A stretch of 64,000 nt of DNA from Candidatus Eiseniibacteriota bacterium (lineage in GTDB: Bacteria > Eisenbacteria > RBG-16-71-46 > CAVPCR01). Under the pieces are notes generated by a model. The model searched no databases, was not told where the DNA came from, and saw only the letters and a program-made list of their open reading frames with translations. Shown one piece after another: positions 19,046 through 28,493 of the stretch (the stretch's first letter is position 1; each line of letters opens with the position of its first letter). The stretch spans positions 788,214 to 852,213 of the forward strand of contig CAWGMA010000003.1 in assembly GCA_963823555.1 (NCBI GenBank), in the 5' to 3' direction. The translations under genes were made by a program, and so were the position numbers.

Positions 19046-19663
19046 TCAGCCGCGACCGGCCCGGAGCGACCAGCCCAGCAGCAGGAGCCCGATCGCGGCG
19101 ATCCAGCTCCCGGCAACACGCACGGCGATGCGGGTCCAGGCGACCCGGAGCGAGACCACGAGCGCGGCGGTAAGGGACACGACGACGAAGAGCGCGCTCA
19201 CGCTGCCCAGAAGCGCAACCACGCCGACGCGCGCCACCGCATAGGACGACCCGTTCAGGTAGCCATGGACGAGCCCGAGCCCGAGGGCGAGGGCGGCAAC
19301 CCATTCGGGCTCGAGACGGGCGTCCGCGGCCACGAACCCCCCGAGCGCGATGAACGTGATCGTGGTCAGCGCGGGGAGATCGGTCCACGAGGGCAGGGCC
19401 AGGCCCAGGAGGCCGCCCACGAACCATGATGCCGGCAGGAGGAAGAAGGTGAGCCTTCCTGCCCGCACCCCACGGAGTCCGGCCAGCAGCGCGAGAGCGA
19501 GCGCCGACAGGAAGTCCTCGGGCGTTCCCATGAAGTGCGAGATGCCGTCGTAGTAGGGACCGAGGCCGGTGTTCGTGAGGTGGGCCAAGGCCTGTTGCGG
19601 CGAAAGGGCGAGCCCGGCCATGGCCATGATCACGACCAACCGCCGGCTCCGCCGCGCCACCAT
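19046..19663 (-). CDS. HupE/UreJ family membrane protein (divergent paralog)
   Basis: Signal ending ALAH, multiple TM helices, C-terminal RVAGSWIAA; start ATG 19663. Confidence 0.75.
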   Translation of the reverse strand: MVARRSRRLVVIMAMAGLALSPQQALAHLTNTGLGPYYDGISHFMGTPEDFLSALALALLAGLRGVRAGRLTFFLLPASWFVGGLLGLALPSWTDLPALTTITFIALGGFVAADARLEPEWVAALALGLGLVHGYLNGSSYAVARVGVVALLGSVSALFVVVSLTAALVVSLRVAWTRIAVRVAGSWIAAIGLLLLGWSLRAGRG

Positions 19664-19668
19664 TCCTC

Positions 19669-20277
19669 TCACGTGATCGCCCCCCGGAGAAAGATGACCC
19701 CGGCGGTTGCAACGAGCGCGCCGGCGAGGCGCAGCAACAGCCGTCCCCATCTCCAGCGATGGACGACGCCGATCGTGATGCCCAGGGCATGGAGCATCCC
19801 GGTCGCCACCACGAACCCGATGCTGTAGAGAAGCCCGCTCGCTCCCGGCGGCAGCTCGCTGCCATGGGCGTGGCCGTGGAAGATGGCAAAGAAGCCGACC
19901 ATGATCGCCGCCATCCAGAGCGGCGGGTGCGCCTCCAGCATGACGGCCATGCCGAGGAGGATCGCCGAGAGCGCGATGCCGATCTCGACTCCGGGCACGG
20001 CCACGCCGGCGAGTCCGAGCATGCCACCGAAGGCCATGACGATGGGAAACGTCACGGGCAGGATCCACACCGCGGGTGCGCCGAGCTGAGCCCCCCAGAG
20101 ACCTACCGAGATCATCGCCAGCACGTGGTCGAGCCCGGAGACCGGATGGCGGAGTCCGGCGAGGAGACCCTCCGCCCGTCCCTGTCCCACGTGCGCCAGG
20201 GCCGCTACCGGCCAGAGCGCTGCCGCCGCGGCCAAGGCCAGACCCAGCCCCCGTTCCCGGTGTGGCCTGCCTCTCAT
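19669..20277 (-). CDS. HupE/UreJ family Ni/Co transporter-like protein
   Basis: ALAH, HPVSGLDHVLAM, FHGHAHGSE, ATGMLH. Confidence 0.9.
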   Translation of the reverse strand: MRGRPHRERGLGLALAAAAALWPVAALAHVGQGRAEGLLAGLRHPVSGLDHVLAMISVGLWGAQLGAPAVWILPVTFPIVMAFGGMLGLAGVAVPGVEIGIALSAILLGMAVMLEAHPPLWMAAIMVGFFAIFHGHAHGSELPPGASGLLYSIGFVVATGMLHALGITIGVVHRWRWGRLLLRLAGALVATAGVIFLRGAIT

Positions 20278-21284
20278 CGCAGCATCCCCAGGAGGATGAG
20301 CGTGCGTTGGATGGTCCAGTAAGCCCCGAGTGTTCCGACCGCGTATCCGGGCAGCGCGGTCACGAACGAAGGCCAGCGGACTTCGAGGACGCGGAAGGAG
20401 CGCGCCAGGAGGAGGACGGTCAGGACGAAGAAGATCTGCCCGATCTCGACCCCGACATTGAACAGCAGGAGCGCGAGCGGGATCTCGGCCTGGGGAAGGC
20501 CCATGGCCGTGAGTCCGCTGGCGAAGCCGAAGCCATGCAGCAGACCGAAGGCGAAGGCCACGACCCAGGGATGGCGGATCGTGAAGCTCGATTCGCCGCG
20601 CCAGGTGCGCACGATCTCGGGCCCCAGGAAGAGGATGCTCAGGGCGATGGCGGCGTTGAGCGGGGGCAGGGGAGCGCTGGCATAGCCCAGGGTGGCGATC
20701 GCCAGCGTGATGCTGTGAGCGAGGGTGAAGGAGGTGATCGTCTTCACCAGCATCCAGCGGTTGCTGACGATCAGGACCAGGCCGAGCACGAACAAGAGGT
20801 GATCGATGCCGAGCAGGATGTGCTCGATGCCGAGGCGAACGTAGGAGAGGGCGCGCTGGCCGGCGGTGGTGACACCGCCGAGGGTCGCCGCGGGGTTGGT
20901 GGGCCGCAAGAGGTGGCTTTCGAGACGGCCGTCGGCGTGATGGACGCGCACGAGGACATCGGTGACCGTGGCCTCCAGGCCTGCGATGCGGAACGTCTTG
21001 CCGGCGATTCCTCCCTCGCAGGTCAGTGTGCCGCGGACGAGAACCGCTCCCGGGGTCGGCTGCTGTCGATCGGGCGTCGTGAGCTTGCAGCCGTCGGGAA
21101 TCACGGGCGCGATCTGGATCTCGACCTCGCCGCCGGTCGGCTTCTTCCACAGGAAGGAGTACGTGCCGGGTCCCGTTTCGCGCAGTTCGAGGAAGCCCGG
21201 GCGGACTTCGTGCGCGTAGGCCGCGGCAGCGAGGCTCAGGGTCGAGAACAGGGTCAGGATGGTGATCGAGTGACGAGGACTCAT
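20274..21284 (-). CDS. HupE/UreJ_2 family protein with periplasmic N-terminal domain
   Basis: AYAHE, GIEHILLGIDHLLF, FTLAHSITL, FGLLHGFGFA, FNVGVEIGQ. Confidence 0.9.
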   Translation of the reverse strand: MSPRHSITILTLFSTLSLAAAAYAHEVRPGFLELRETGPGTYSFLWKKPTGGEVEIQIAPVIPDGCKLTTPDRQQPTPGAVLVRGTLTCEGGIAGKTFRIAGLEATVTDVLVRVHHADGRLESHLLRPTNPAATLGGVTTAGQRALSYVRLGIEHILLGIDHLLFVLGLVLIVSNRWMLVKTITSFTLAHSITLAIATLGYASAPLPPLNAAIALSILFLGPEIVRTWRGESSFTIRHPWVVAFAFGLLHGFGFASGLTAMGLPQAEIPLALLLFNVGVEIGQIFFVLTVLLLARSFRVLEVRWPSFVTALPGYAVGTLGAYWTIQRTLILLGMLR

Positions 21285-22162
21285 GGCGAAGTGCTGGAGA
21301 GGCCTCTGGTCGAGTCATCCATACCGGCCTTGGGCCTCTCGACGACCACGACGTATTTCTCGAGCAGCCGTTCGTACATGGCGTTGAGCTCCTGTTTCCG
21401 CCTCTCGGCGAGGAACTCCCGCTCGACGGCGGGACGCACGCGGGACAGGTCGGGAAGCGATCCCTCGCTGTGCCGGCGAACGAGCACGAGATGGATGCCG
21501 AAGCCGGATTCGATGGGACCGGTCCACTGCCCGGGCTCGATCGCGAGTAGCCGTTCGGCGAAATCCGGGCCGAAGACCCGGGAAACGTCGCTCACCGGAG
21601 CGAGGGGGAATTCGGGAGGCAGCATGGTCGGGTCGCCGAGCTGGTCGGTCGCCGCGTCAGGACCGGCCGCGGTGACCCGCGCGAGAAGGCGCTCAGCATC
21701 CGCCTCCGTTGCCCCGCCGCGGCGCTCGCGGCTCAGGTAGACCTGCCTGAACTCGATCTGGGGCTCGATCCGAAATGCATCCGCGTGGTTCTCGAGCCAC
21801 GACTCGAGCTCGACGTCGGTGGGCTGAACCGTCTCGACCGCATCCTCGACCAGGAACTCGAGCTTCTGGCGGAGCCGCCGGCGGATGATCGTGTCATCAC
21901 GATCGAGGCCCATGGCCGTGGCCTCACGGACCGCGATTTCCTCACGCACATGGTCGTCGATCAGGCCCTTGATCTCGGCCTCGGTGGGCGGGCGCTGCCA
22001 GGTGCGCATGAAGCCCGCGGTCAGGTGCTCGATCAAGCCGGGAGTCAGGACGATCCGGTTCGACCCCGGACCGGTCCCGCTCCACTGGAAGAGGAGAAAG
22101 AGCGCAGCGCCGAGGGCCAGGAACTGGACAAGCGGTTCATGAAGCAGTCTTGGGGCGCGCAT
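21281..22162 (-). CDS. Parvulin/PpiC-type peptidyl-prolyl isomerase domain protein
   Basis: LLHEPLVQFLALG, GLDRDDTIIRRRL, WTGPIESGFGIHLV; start ATG 22162. Confidence 0.85.
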   Translation of the reverse strand: MRAPRLLHEPLVQFLALGAALFLLFQWSGTGPGSNRIVLTPGLIEHLTAGFMRTWQRPPTEAEIKGLIDDHVREEIAVREATAMGLDRDDTIIRRRLRQKLEFLVEDAVETVQPTDVELESWLENHADAFRIEPQIEFRQVYLSRERRGGATEADAERLLARVTAAGPDAATDQLGDPTMLPPEFPLAPVSDVSRVFGPDFAERLLAIEPGQWTGPIESGFGIHLVLVRRHSEGSLPDLSRVRPAVEREFLAERRKQELNAMYERLLEKYVVVVERPKAGMDDSTRGLSSTSP

Positions 22163-22352
22163 ACGGCAGGGGAGTCTAGCCGACGATCGCAATGCGTGCC
22201 AGCACGCTGGCTGACTTGCTGTTTCACGCGAATGTCCGCCAATTGTCCCAGATCGGCATCGGGCTCCGTGCTAGGCTACCGGCGGGACTTACCCGGACCC
22301 GCTTGCGGTGGCCGCCTTGATGCTATCGGTGTGACTTCGGGGAGGAGAGGTC

Positions 22353-24401
22353 GTGGTGAGCAGTTCGACACATATCGAGCAGGTGGCGGTCATCGGTGCC
22401 GGCAGCATGGGAAGCGGCATTGCCCAGAAGATCGCCACCGAGGGCTACCCTGTCGTCCTGGTTGATGTCGATGAGCGCCAGGTGGCGCGGGGGATGGAGC
22501 GACTCAAGAGCACGCTCGACGAGGGCGTGGCGAGACAGGTCTTCAGCCCGGCCCGAGCCGGAGAGATCCTCTCCCGCATCACGCCGGCGACAACCCTCGA
22601 GGCGGCCAGCCACTCCGATCTCGTCATCGAGGCCGTGTTCGAGGATCTGGTGGTCAAGCGCGATCTCTTCGCGCATCTCGACGGGCTTTGCAAGCCCGAG
22701 ACCATCATGGCCACCAACACCTCCTCCTTCTATGTCGGTGATCTCGCCCGCAGCACCATGCGGCCGGACCGCTTCATCGGGCTCCACTACTTCTACCATC
22801 CGGCGAAGAACCGCCTGGTCGAGGTGATTCCCGGTGAGGACACCGCTCCCGAGGTCTTCGCGCTGGCGTGGCGATTTCAGGAAGTCATCGGCAAGACGCC
22901 GATCCGATCCGCCGATGCGCCCGGATTCATCGTCAACCGCTACTTCGTTCCCTGGCTCAATGAGGCGGTGCGGCTGGTCGAGGAAGGGGCCACTGATATC
23001 CCCACGGTCGAGACCGTGGCCAAGCGGTGCTTCGCGATCGGCATGGGGCCCTTCGAGCTGATGAACGTGACGGGAATTCCCATCGCCTACCACGCGGCGA
23101 CCACGCTCGGCGATGAACTGGGGTCCTTCTATGCACCGGCAGACTTGTTGCGAACTCAGGTCGAGAGCGGAGGGCCGTGGCCTCTCGAAGGGAGGGTCAC
23201 GCCGGGGCGCGAGGCGGCGGTGGCGGATCGGTTGCTGGCGGTGACCTTCCTGGTCGCTGGTGAGCTGATCGACGAAGGCATATGCACGATGGAGGACTGT
23301 GACATCGGGGCGCGGGTGGGGCTGCGCTGGGCCCTGGGGCCGTTCGAGCTCATGAACCGCGAGGGCATCGCCCGCTCCGTGAATCTCGTCTCGCAATATG
23401 CCGCCGCCAATGGTCTCACGGTGCCGCAGGTGCTCTCGGAGCAGAAGCGGCGGGCGGAGCCGTTCCGCCTCGCCACGGTGCGCCGGGAAGTGCGCGATGG
23501 TGTTGCGACCATCACGATCAACCGTCCCGACGCCTTGAACGCCTTGAACGAGGAAGTCGTGGCCCAGCTCGAGGGCGCCGTGCGCGCGGCGATTGACGAT
23601 CGAAACGTGCGCGGGATCGTCATCACTGGGGCTGGCAAGGCGTTCATGGCCGGCGCCGATCTCAAGTTCTTCATCAAGAACATGGAACGGGGAGATCTCG
23701 CGGCGATCCGTCGTTTCACGGAGCGGGCTCAAGCTGTTCTCGCCATGATCGACGAGTCTCCGAAGACCGTCGTCTGCCAGATGAACGGTCTTGCACTGGG
23801 TGGCGGGGTGGAGCTGGCGCTCGCCTGTGACTACATCGTGGCGGCGGATCGCGCCGCCCTCGCCTTTCCTGAGACGGGAATCGGCATCTATCCCGGGCTC
23901 GGAGGGACGCAGCGCACGCGCCAGCGCGTCGGCCGCGAGATCACCAAGTACCTGATCTACAGCGGTGACATGATCGCGGCGCGCGCCGCCGCTGAGCTCG
24001 GTCTCGTCGATGCGACGGTGCCGCCGGCTGACCTCGAGTCGGCCGCTCGCGCGATCGCGCTGAGCAAGCCGCCGGTCAGCGAGCGGCAAGCGATGGCCCC
24101 CACGGAACAGTGGCGAGAAGTCGCTGATTTCTGCGCGAAGGAGCCGGTGGCGTCCATGCTGGCCGGCGCGACAGGTGGAAAGGGCGACGTGCTCGATCGC
24201 TTCCTCCGGCGGATGAAGGGCAAGGCTCCGCTGGCCCTGCGCTTCGCCGAGGAGATCATCGATGGGGGAGTCGATCTGCCCCTCACCGAAGGTCTGGCTC
24301 TCGAGCTCACGCATCTGGAGGACGTCTTCCGGAGCGAGGATGCGCTGGCGGGGATGAGGGCGGTGAGCGGCGGGACGAAGCCGGAGTTCAAGGGACGGTA
24401 G
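22353..24401 (+). CDS. 3-hydroxyacyl-CoA dehydrogenase / enoyl-CoA hydratase fusion (HAD N-terminal, ECH C-terminal)
   Basis: GAGSMGSG, NTSS, GLHYF...LVEV, PGFIVNR, MGPF; NRPDALNAL, AGADL, GGGVEL, FPETG. Confidence 0.92.
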   Translation: MVSSSTHIEQVAVIGAGSMGSGIAQKIATEGYPVVLVDVDERQVARGMERLKSTLDEGVARQVFSPARAGEILSRITPATTLEAASHSDLVIEAVFEDLVVKRDLFAHLDGLCKPETIMATNTSSFYVGDLARSTMRPDRFIGLHYFYHPAKNRLVEVIPGEDTAPEVFALAWRFQEVIGKTPIRSADAPGFIVNRYFVPWLNEAVRLVEEGATDIPTVETVAKRCFAIGMGPFELMNVTGIPIAYHAATTLGDELGSFYAPADLLRTQVESGGPWPLEGRVTPGREAAVADRLLAVTFLVAGELIDEGICTMEDCDIGARVGLRWALGPFELMNREGIARSVNLVSQYAAANGLTVPQVLSEQKRRAEPFRLATVRREVRDGVATITINRPDALNALNEEVVAQLEGAVRAAIDDRNVRGIVITGAGKAFMAGADLKFFIKNMERGDLAAIRRFTERAQAVLAMIDESPKTVVCQMNGLALGGGVELALACDYIVAADRAALAFPETGIGIYPGLGGTQRTRQRVGREITKYLIYSGDMIAARAAAELGLVDATVPPADLESAARAIALSKPPVSERQAMAPTEQWREVADFCAKEPVASMLAGATGGKGDVLDRFLRRMKGKAPLALRFAEEIIDGGVDLPLTEGLALELTHLEDVFRSEDALAGMRAVSGGTKPEFKGR

Positions 24402-24452
24402 GCCCCCGCGGCTCCATCCTTTAGAATGGGAGGGTAGCGTGGGGCTTCGAGT

Positions 24453-24529
24453 CGGGGCGTAGCGCAGCCCGGTAGCGCATCTGCTTTGGGAGCAGAGGGT
24501 CGCCGGTTCAAATCCGGCCGCCCCGACCA
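24453..24529 (+). tRNA. tRNA-Pro(TGG)
   Basis: 77-nt cloverleaf CGGGGCG...CGCCCCG-ACCA; anticodon arm TCTGC-TTTGGGA-GCAGA; T-loop GGTTCAAATCC; encoded CCA; TAGAAT -10 at 24422. Confidence 0.97.
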
Positions 24530-24687
24530 CCTCACAGGTCGAATCCGAGAAACCGGACCCCCACCAGCCGGGTTTTCCCTGGGGAGGCTCGCCGGGACGG
24601 CTCAACCCGGCTCGCGGCCGGCCGATAACCCAGGGGGAGTCTCCAGGGTGGAGGCGCCCAGGTTCCAAGCCTGGGGAGGTGGGTGCC

Positions 24688-25353
24688 ATGGCTCGGATGT
24701 CCAAGATCCCCTTGGCCTTCGGTCTCCTTGCGATCTCGTTCCTGGCCATCGCGGTGCTGCCGTGGGCTGCTCACGCCGGTGAGGTGGTCGGCCGGATCGA
24801 CATTCCCGCGCCGCAGATCAAGGCCAGCCTGGGCACTCCCGGTCTGCTCTCTGCCGGCGACCTCGCGGGCGCGGCGGCGGATCCGGTGCTCATCTATGTG
24901 GCCGAGGCATCGGGGCCGCTCGAGCGCACTCCCACCACCGATGCGCGCCTGCGCATCGCCGGCGGCAAGATCAGCCCGGCGCTGATCGCGCTCGGCCTCG
25001 GCAGCGTTCTCACCATCGAGAATGCCGATGGGCGACCGCACCGGATCGTCGCCCGCAGCGGGCCCCAGCCCTGTGACCTGGGCGATCTCGCTCGCGGCGG
25101 AGTCTGTCGCTTCGAAGCGAAGCAGACCGGAGTGATCCCGATCCGCTGTGGGCTGCACAAGGACCTGTCTGCGGAGATCGTCGTCCTCGCGCACGCCGCC
25201 TTCACGATTGTCGGTGGCGACGGTTCCTATCGTCTTCCGCAGCTCCCGCCGGGTCACGCCACCATCGTCGCCTACAGCCCGCACCTCGGCGAGATCTCGC
25301 GCGAAGTCGAGGTTCCCGAGAGCGGCGAGGTCGAGGTGAGCTTCGCCTTCTAG
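24688..25353 (+). CDS. Exported hypothetical protein with cupredoxin-like and carboxypeptidase-regulatory-like domains
   Basis: Signal ending AHA; N-x-D-x-x-P-H, C-x-x-H and GDGSYRLPQLPPG pattern. Confidence 0.65.
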   Translation: MARMSKIPLAFGLLAISFLAIAVLPWAAHAGEVVGRIDIPAPQIKASLGTPGLLSAGDLAGAAADPVLIYVAEASGPLERTPTTDARLRIAGGKISPALIALGLGSVLTIENADGRPHRIVARSGPQPCDLGDLARGGVCRFEAKQTGVIPIRCGLHKDLSAEIVVLAHAAFTIVGGDGSYRLPQLPPGHATIVAYSPHLGEISREVEVPESGEVEVSFAF

Positions 25354-25502
25354 GATTCGAAGGAGCCCCGCTGGGCCGGGCCGGGCCGGGGATGGCCCGG
25401 GTTCCTGGCGGGTGTAGACTCAAAGGACGAGGAGTTCGCTCAAGGAGGGAGCGGCGCGGTTCCCATCCCCGCCGCACGTGCAGGGCAGCCGGGGGTGAAG
25501 CC

Positions 25503-26237
25503 ATGAGCAGCATTCAGCATATCGTGGATCGACAGCTGCGCCGATGGGAGGCGGAGCGCCTGGCCGCGCTCGAGGCGGTGCGGGGGGGGCGCGCGGCGCC
25601 TCGCGTCGAGCGCGTGCGGCCGACGGTGACGCTGTCTCGCCAGTCCGGGGTGCGAGGCGAGGCCATTGCGCGGGCTCTTGCCGAGCGCCTCGAGTACGGC
25701 GTGTTCGATCAGGAGATCATCGACTACATCGCCAGGAACAATGAAGTGCACCGGCAGATGTTGGAGATGCTGGACGAGCATACGGTATCCAGCATCAAGC
25801 TGTGGGCGGAAGGTATCGTGCGCGGGCAGCATGTCGATCAGACCGATTTCTTGCGCTTCCTGTCGAAGACGGTGCGTGCCATTCATGCCCATGGCGGAGC
25901 GGTGATTCTCGGGCGAGGCGCCAATTTCCTCCTGGCGGATGCCCGGGCCTTCCGCGTCCAGCTGGTGGCACCGCTCGTCGAGCGGATCAAGATCCTCATG
26001 GCCGAGCGAGATCTCGATGCGGAAACGGCTCGGCGCGAGATCATCGCCTCGGATGCGGCTCGCGGTGACTTCATTCGCCGCTTCTACCACGCCGACTGGT
26101 GTGATCCGGCGGCGTACGATCTCACGCTCAACGTGTCCGGGTTCGGGATCGACACAGCGGCCGCCATCATCGAGCAGGCGATGAAGAGCGTGGTGGCCGC
26201 CCGCTGGCCGGATGCGGTCGCTGCCCGCCGCGGCTGA
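25503..26237 (+). CDS. Cytidylate kinase-like family protein
   Basis: TLSRQSG..G..IA..LAERL, VILGRGA, SD..R..F, YDLTLN. Confidence 0.85.
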   Translation: MSSIQHIVDRQLRRWEAERLAALEAVRGGRAAPRVERVRPTVTLSRQSGVRGEAIARALAERLEYGVFDQEIIDYIARNNEVHRQMLEMLDEHTVSSIKLWAEGIVRGQHVDQTDFLRFLSKTVRAIHAHGGAVILGRGANFLLADARAFRVQLVAPLVERIKILMAERDLDAETARREIIASDAARGDFIRRFYHADWCDPAAYDLTLNVSGFGIDTAAAIIEQAMKSVVAARWPDAVAARRG

Positions 26238-26449
26238 TGGTCCGGAGAGCGATACCAGTCTTACGTGTAGTTATTGCCGTCACCTGCCCTGGGCTGTCAA
26301 AGTGATGGGGCCCCAGTCGAAGTTCCGGAGGGTGGGCGACGAGCTCGATCTCTCCTGCCCGAGTGCTTTCCGGACCCCTGCCCGCCTCCAGCGCCGGTCC
26401 ATCGCCCGGGGGGGGTAATCAGGCTCGACGCGTCCCGGAGGAGTTCCCC

Positions 26450-27289
26450 ATGCGTCCGATCTGGAAAGGCTATCTCAAGCTCAGTCTGGTCACGGTCCCG
26501 GTGAAGGTCTATTCAGCGACTTCTTCCCAGAGTCTCTCCTTCAATCAGCTTCATTCGACCTGCAACTCGCGCATCAATTACACGAAGACCTGTCCGATCC
26601 ACGGTCCGGTTCCGAGCGAGGAGATCGTCCGCGGCTACGCCTACGAGAAGGACCGTTACGTGATCATGGACGAGGAGGAGCTGGCGAAGGTCAGGCTCGA
26701 GAGCACCAAGGCGATCTCGATCGTGCGCTTTGTCGATGCGCGCGAGATCGATCCCATCTACTACGGATCGGCCTACTATCTCGAGCCGGACGGACCGATC
26801 GCCCGCGATGCCTACGCCACCCTGCGGGAGGCGATGACGGGCCATGTCGCCATCGCCAAGGTCGTGCTCCGAGGCAAGGAGGATCTGGTGGCCGTGCGCG
26901 CCGCGGACGGCGTGCTGGTGATGAGCGCGCTCTACTATGCCGACGAGGTCCGCGGGATCGAGGAGCTCGAGGAACTCAAGGCGACGGCGAAGCCGGATGG
27001 CGAGGCGATCCAGCTCGCGCGCCAGCTCATCGGCGGCCTGTCCGGTCCTTTCGATCCCGCGCTGTACAAGGACGAGTACCGAGAGCAGTTGCTGGCCATC
27101 ATCCAGGAGAAGATCGAGGGCCGGGAGGCGGTGGCGGCGGAAGCGGGACCGGAGCCTCTGCGCGTCGTCAACCTCATGGAAGCGCTCAAGAAGTCACTGG
27201 CGGCCGGAGCCGAGGCGCCGCCGCGAGTGAAGGCGGCGCCGGCCAAGGAAGTTCCCGACGAGCCGGTGCGCAAGCAGGCGAGTCAGTAG
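26450..27289 (+). CDS. ku: Non-homologous end joining protein Ku
   Basis: MRPIWKG.L.LSLVTVPVK.Y, FNQLH, IVRGY, IDPIYY...YYL.P, YKDEYRE, VVNLMEALKKS; GGAGGAG RBS. Confidence 0.95.
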   Translation: MRPIWKGYLKLSLVTVPVKVYSATSSQSLSFNQLHSTCNSRINYTKTCPIHGPVPSEEIVRGYAYEKDRYVIMDEEELAKVRLESTKAISIVRFVDAREIDPIYYGSAYYLEPDGPIARDAYATLREAMTGHVAIAKVVLRGKEDLVAVRAADGVLVMSALYYADEVRGIEELEELKATAKPDGEAIQLARQLIGGLSGPFDPALYKDEYREQLLAIIQEKIEGREAVAAEAGPEPLRVVNLMEALKKSLAAGAEAPPRVKAAPAKEVPDEPVRKQASQ

Positions 27290-27311
27290 GAATCACCGCG
27301 AAGGAGGGCGC

Positions 27312-28451
27312 GTGGTTCGCGATCAACGGCCGTGCGAAACGGATCAGCCCACGGGAGGCCCGGGTTCGGGGACGCTCGAGAACTGCGTCTTCGTCTTCAC
27401 CGGTCGCCTGCATACGCTGTCGCGGGCATCGGCCGCCCATCTTGTGCGCCAGGCTGGAGGGATCGTCCGCGGCACGGTAACCCGTGACACGGAGTATCTG
27501 GTTGCCGGTGAGGCTCATCACGACGTTGCCGGCCGCGGCGCAGGACGTCCGGCGCCCGCGAGCCGGAAGCTGCTGGCCGCCGAGCGTCTGCGCGCCGCCG
27601 GAGCCGAGATCCAGATTCTGCGAGAGCGGGAGTTCCTGCGCCTGATCGGGACCGAGGCCGTGGCCGAACATGCCGGCCAGCACTACGCGGCCGATGACGT
27701 GCGAGCGCTCTTCGACCTTGGAGCCGAAGAGCTGCGCCAGCTCGAACGCCTGCGACTCGTGCGGCCCGTGCTGCGGACGCATTCCGACCGCTACTACACC
27801 TTCAAGGACCTGCTCGTCTTGAAGCAGGTGCGCGAGGCGCTCGACCACGGGATCAGTCTCGCCCAGGCAGCGCGGCGCATCCGGCTCGAACGCCGCGGCC
27901 AGATGAGCCTCCACTTTGAAACCATCGGGCCGCGCATCATCCCGCTGCGCCAGCCCGGGGAGGAGCACCTGTCCGCGGAGGATTGGTACGAGATCGGCGT
28001 CGAGCGGGACGACGATCCCGAGGATATCCTGCCCGCGATGCAGGCGTACGAGCGCGCGCTCGAGCTCGATCCGCACCATGTCGGTGCCCTCGTCAACCTG
28101 GGGAATGTCCACTACCGCCTCGGGCAGATCGACGAGGCGCGGCGGCTCTACGAACGGGCACTGGCCGTCGATCCGCGGAATCCCAACGTGCACTACAACC
28201 TGGGGAATGTGTACGACGATCTCGAGGAGTTCCGTGTCGCCATTCGCTTCTTCGAATCGGCTCTCCGACTCAATCCCAACAACGCCGATGCCCATTTCAA
28301 CCTCGGACTGGCTCATGATCGCGTCGGCAATGTGGAGAAGGTGCGCCAGCACATGCAGGACTACCTGCGCCTGGCCCCGGAGGGCGAGATGGCGGAGGTG
28401 GCCGCGGAGTACTTGAGTCTCACCGCCTGTGAGGACGGGGCTCCGGCCTAG
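27312..28451 (+). CDS. BRCT + MerR-like HTH + TPR protein
   Basis: VFVFTGRL..LSR..A...VRQAGG.V...VTRDTEYLVAG (LigA-type BRCT); ELRQLERLRLVRP...RYYTFKDL (MerR-like); tandem TPRs (ALVNLGNVH, VHYNLGNVY, AHFNLGL); AAGGAGG RBS. Confidence 0.85.
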   Translation: MVRDQRPCETDQPTGGPGSGTLENCVFVFTGRLHTLSRASAAHLVRQAGGIVRGTVTRDTEYLVAGEAHHDVAGRGAGRPAPASRKLLAAERLRAAGAEIQILREREFLRLIGTEAVAEHAGQHYAADDVRALFDLGAEELRQLERLRLVRPVLRTHSDRYYTFKDLLVLKQVREALDHGISLAQAARRIRLERRGQMSLHFETIGPRIIPLRQPGEEHLSAEDWYEIGVERDDDPEDILPAMQAYERALELDPHHVGALVNLGNVHYRLGQIDEARRLYERALAVDPRNPNVHYNLGNVYDDLEEFRVAIRFFESALRLNPNNADAHFNLGLAHDRVGNVEKVRQHMQDYLRLAPEGEMAEVAAEYLSLTACEDGAPA

Positions 28452-28493
28452 CGCACCGCGGAGTGCTCAAGGGATGCGGAAGGGGGAGAGCGG

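Noticed and set aside
22184..22201. TGGCAC...TTGC sigma54-like sites (also near 12549 and 43864)
   Set aside because: GG-to-GC spacing does not fit the required -24/-12 geometry
24453..24529. tRNA-Pro as an island integration site
   Set aside because: No integrase nearby, and no duplicated tRNA 3' end noticed in the window
25372..25391. GGGCC tandem microrepeat
   Set aside because: Short, low-complexity and expected at this GC content
26238..26449. Possible RNA gene upstream of ku (minus strand ends in ...CCGGACCA; GGTCCGGA/TCCGGACC pair)
   Set aside because: No cloverleaf, T-loop or recognisable RNA family features could be built by eye
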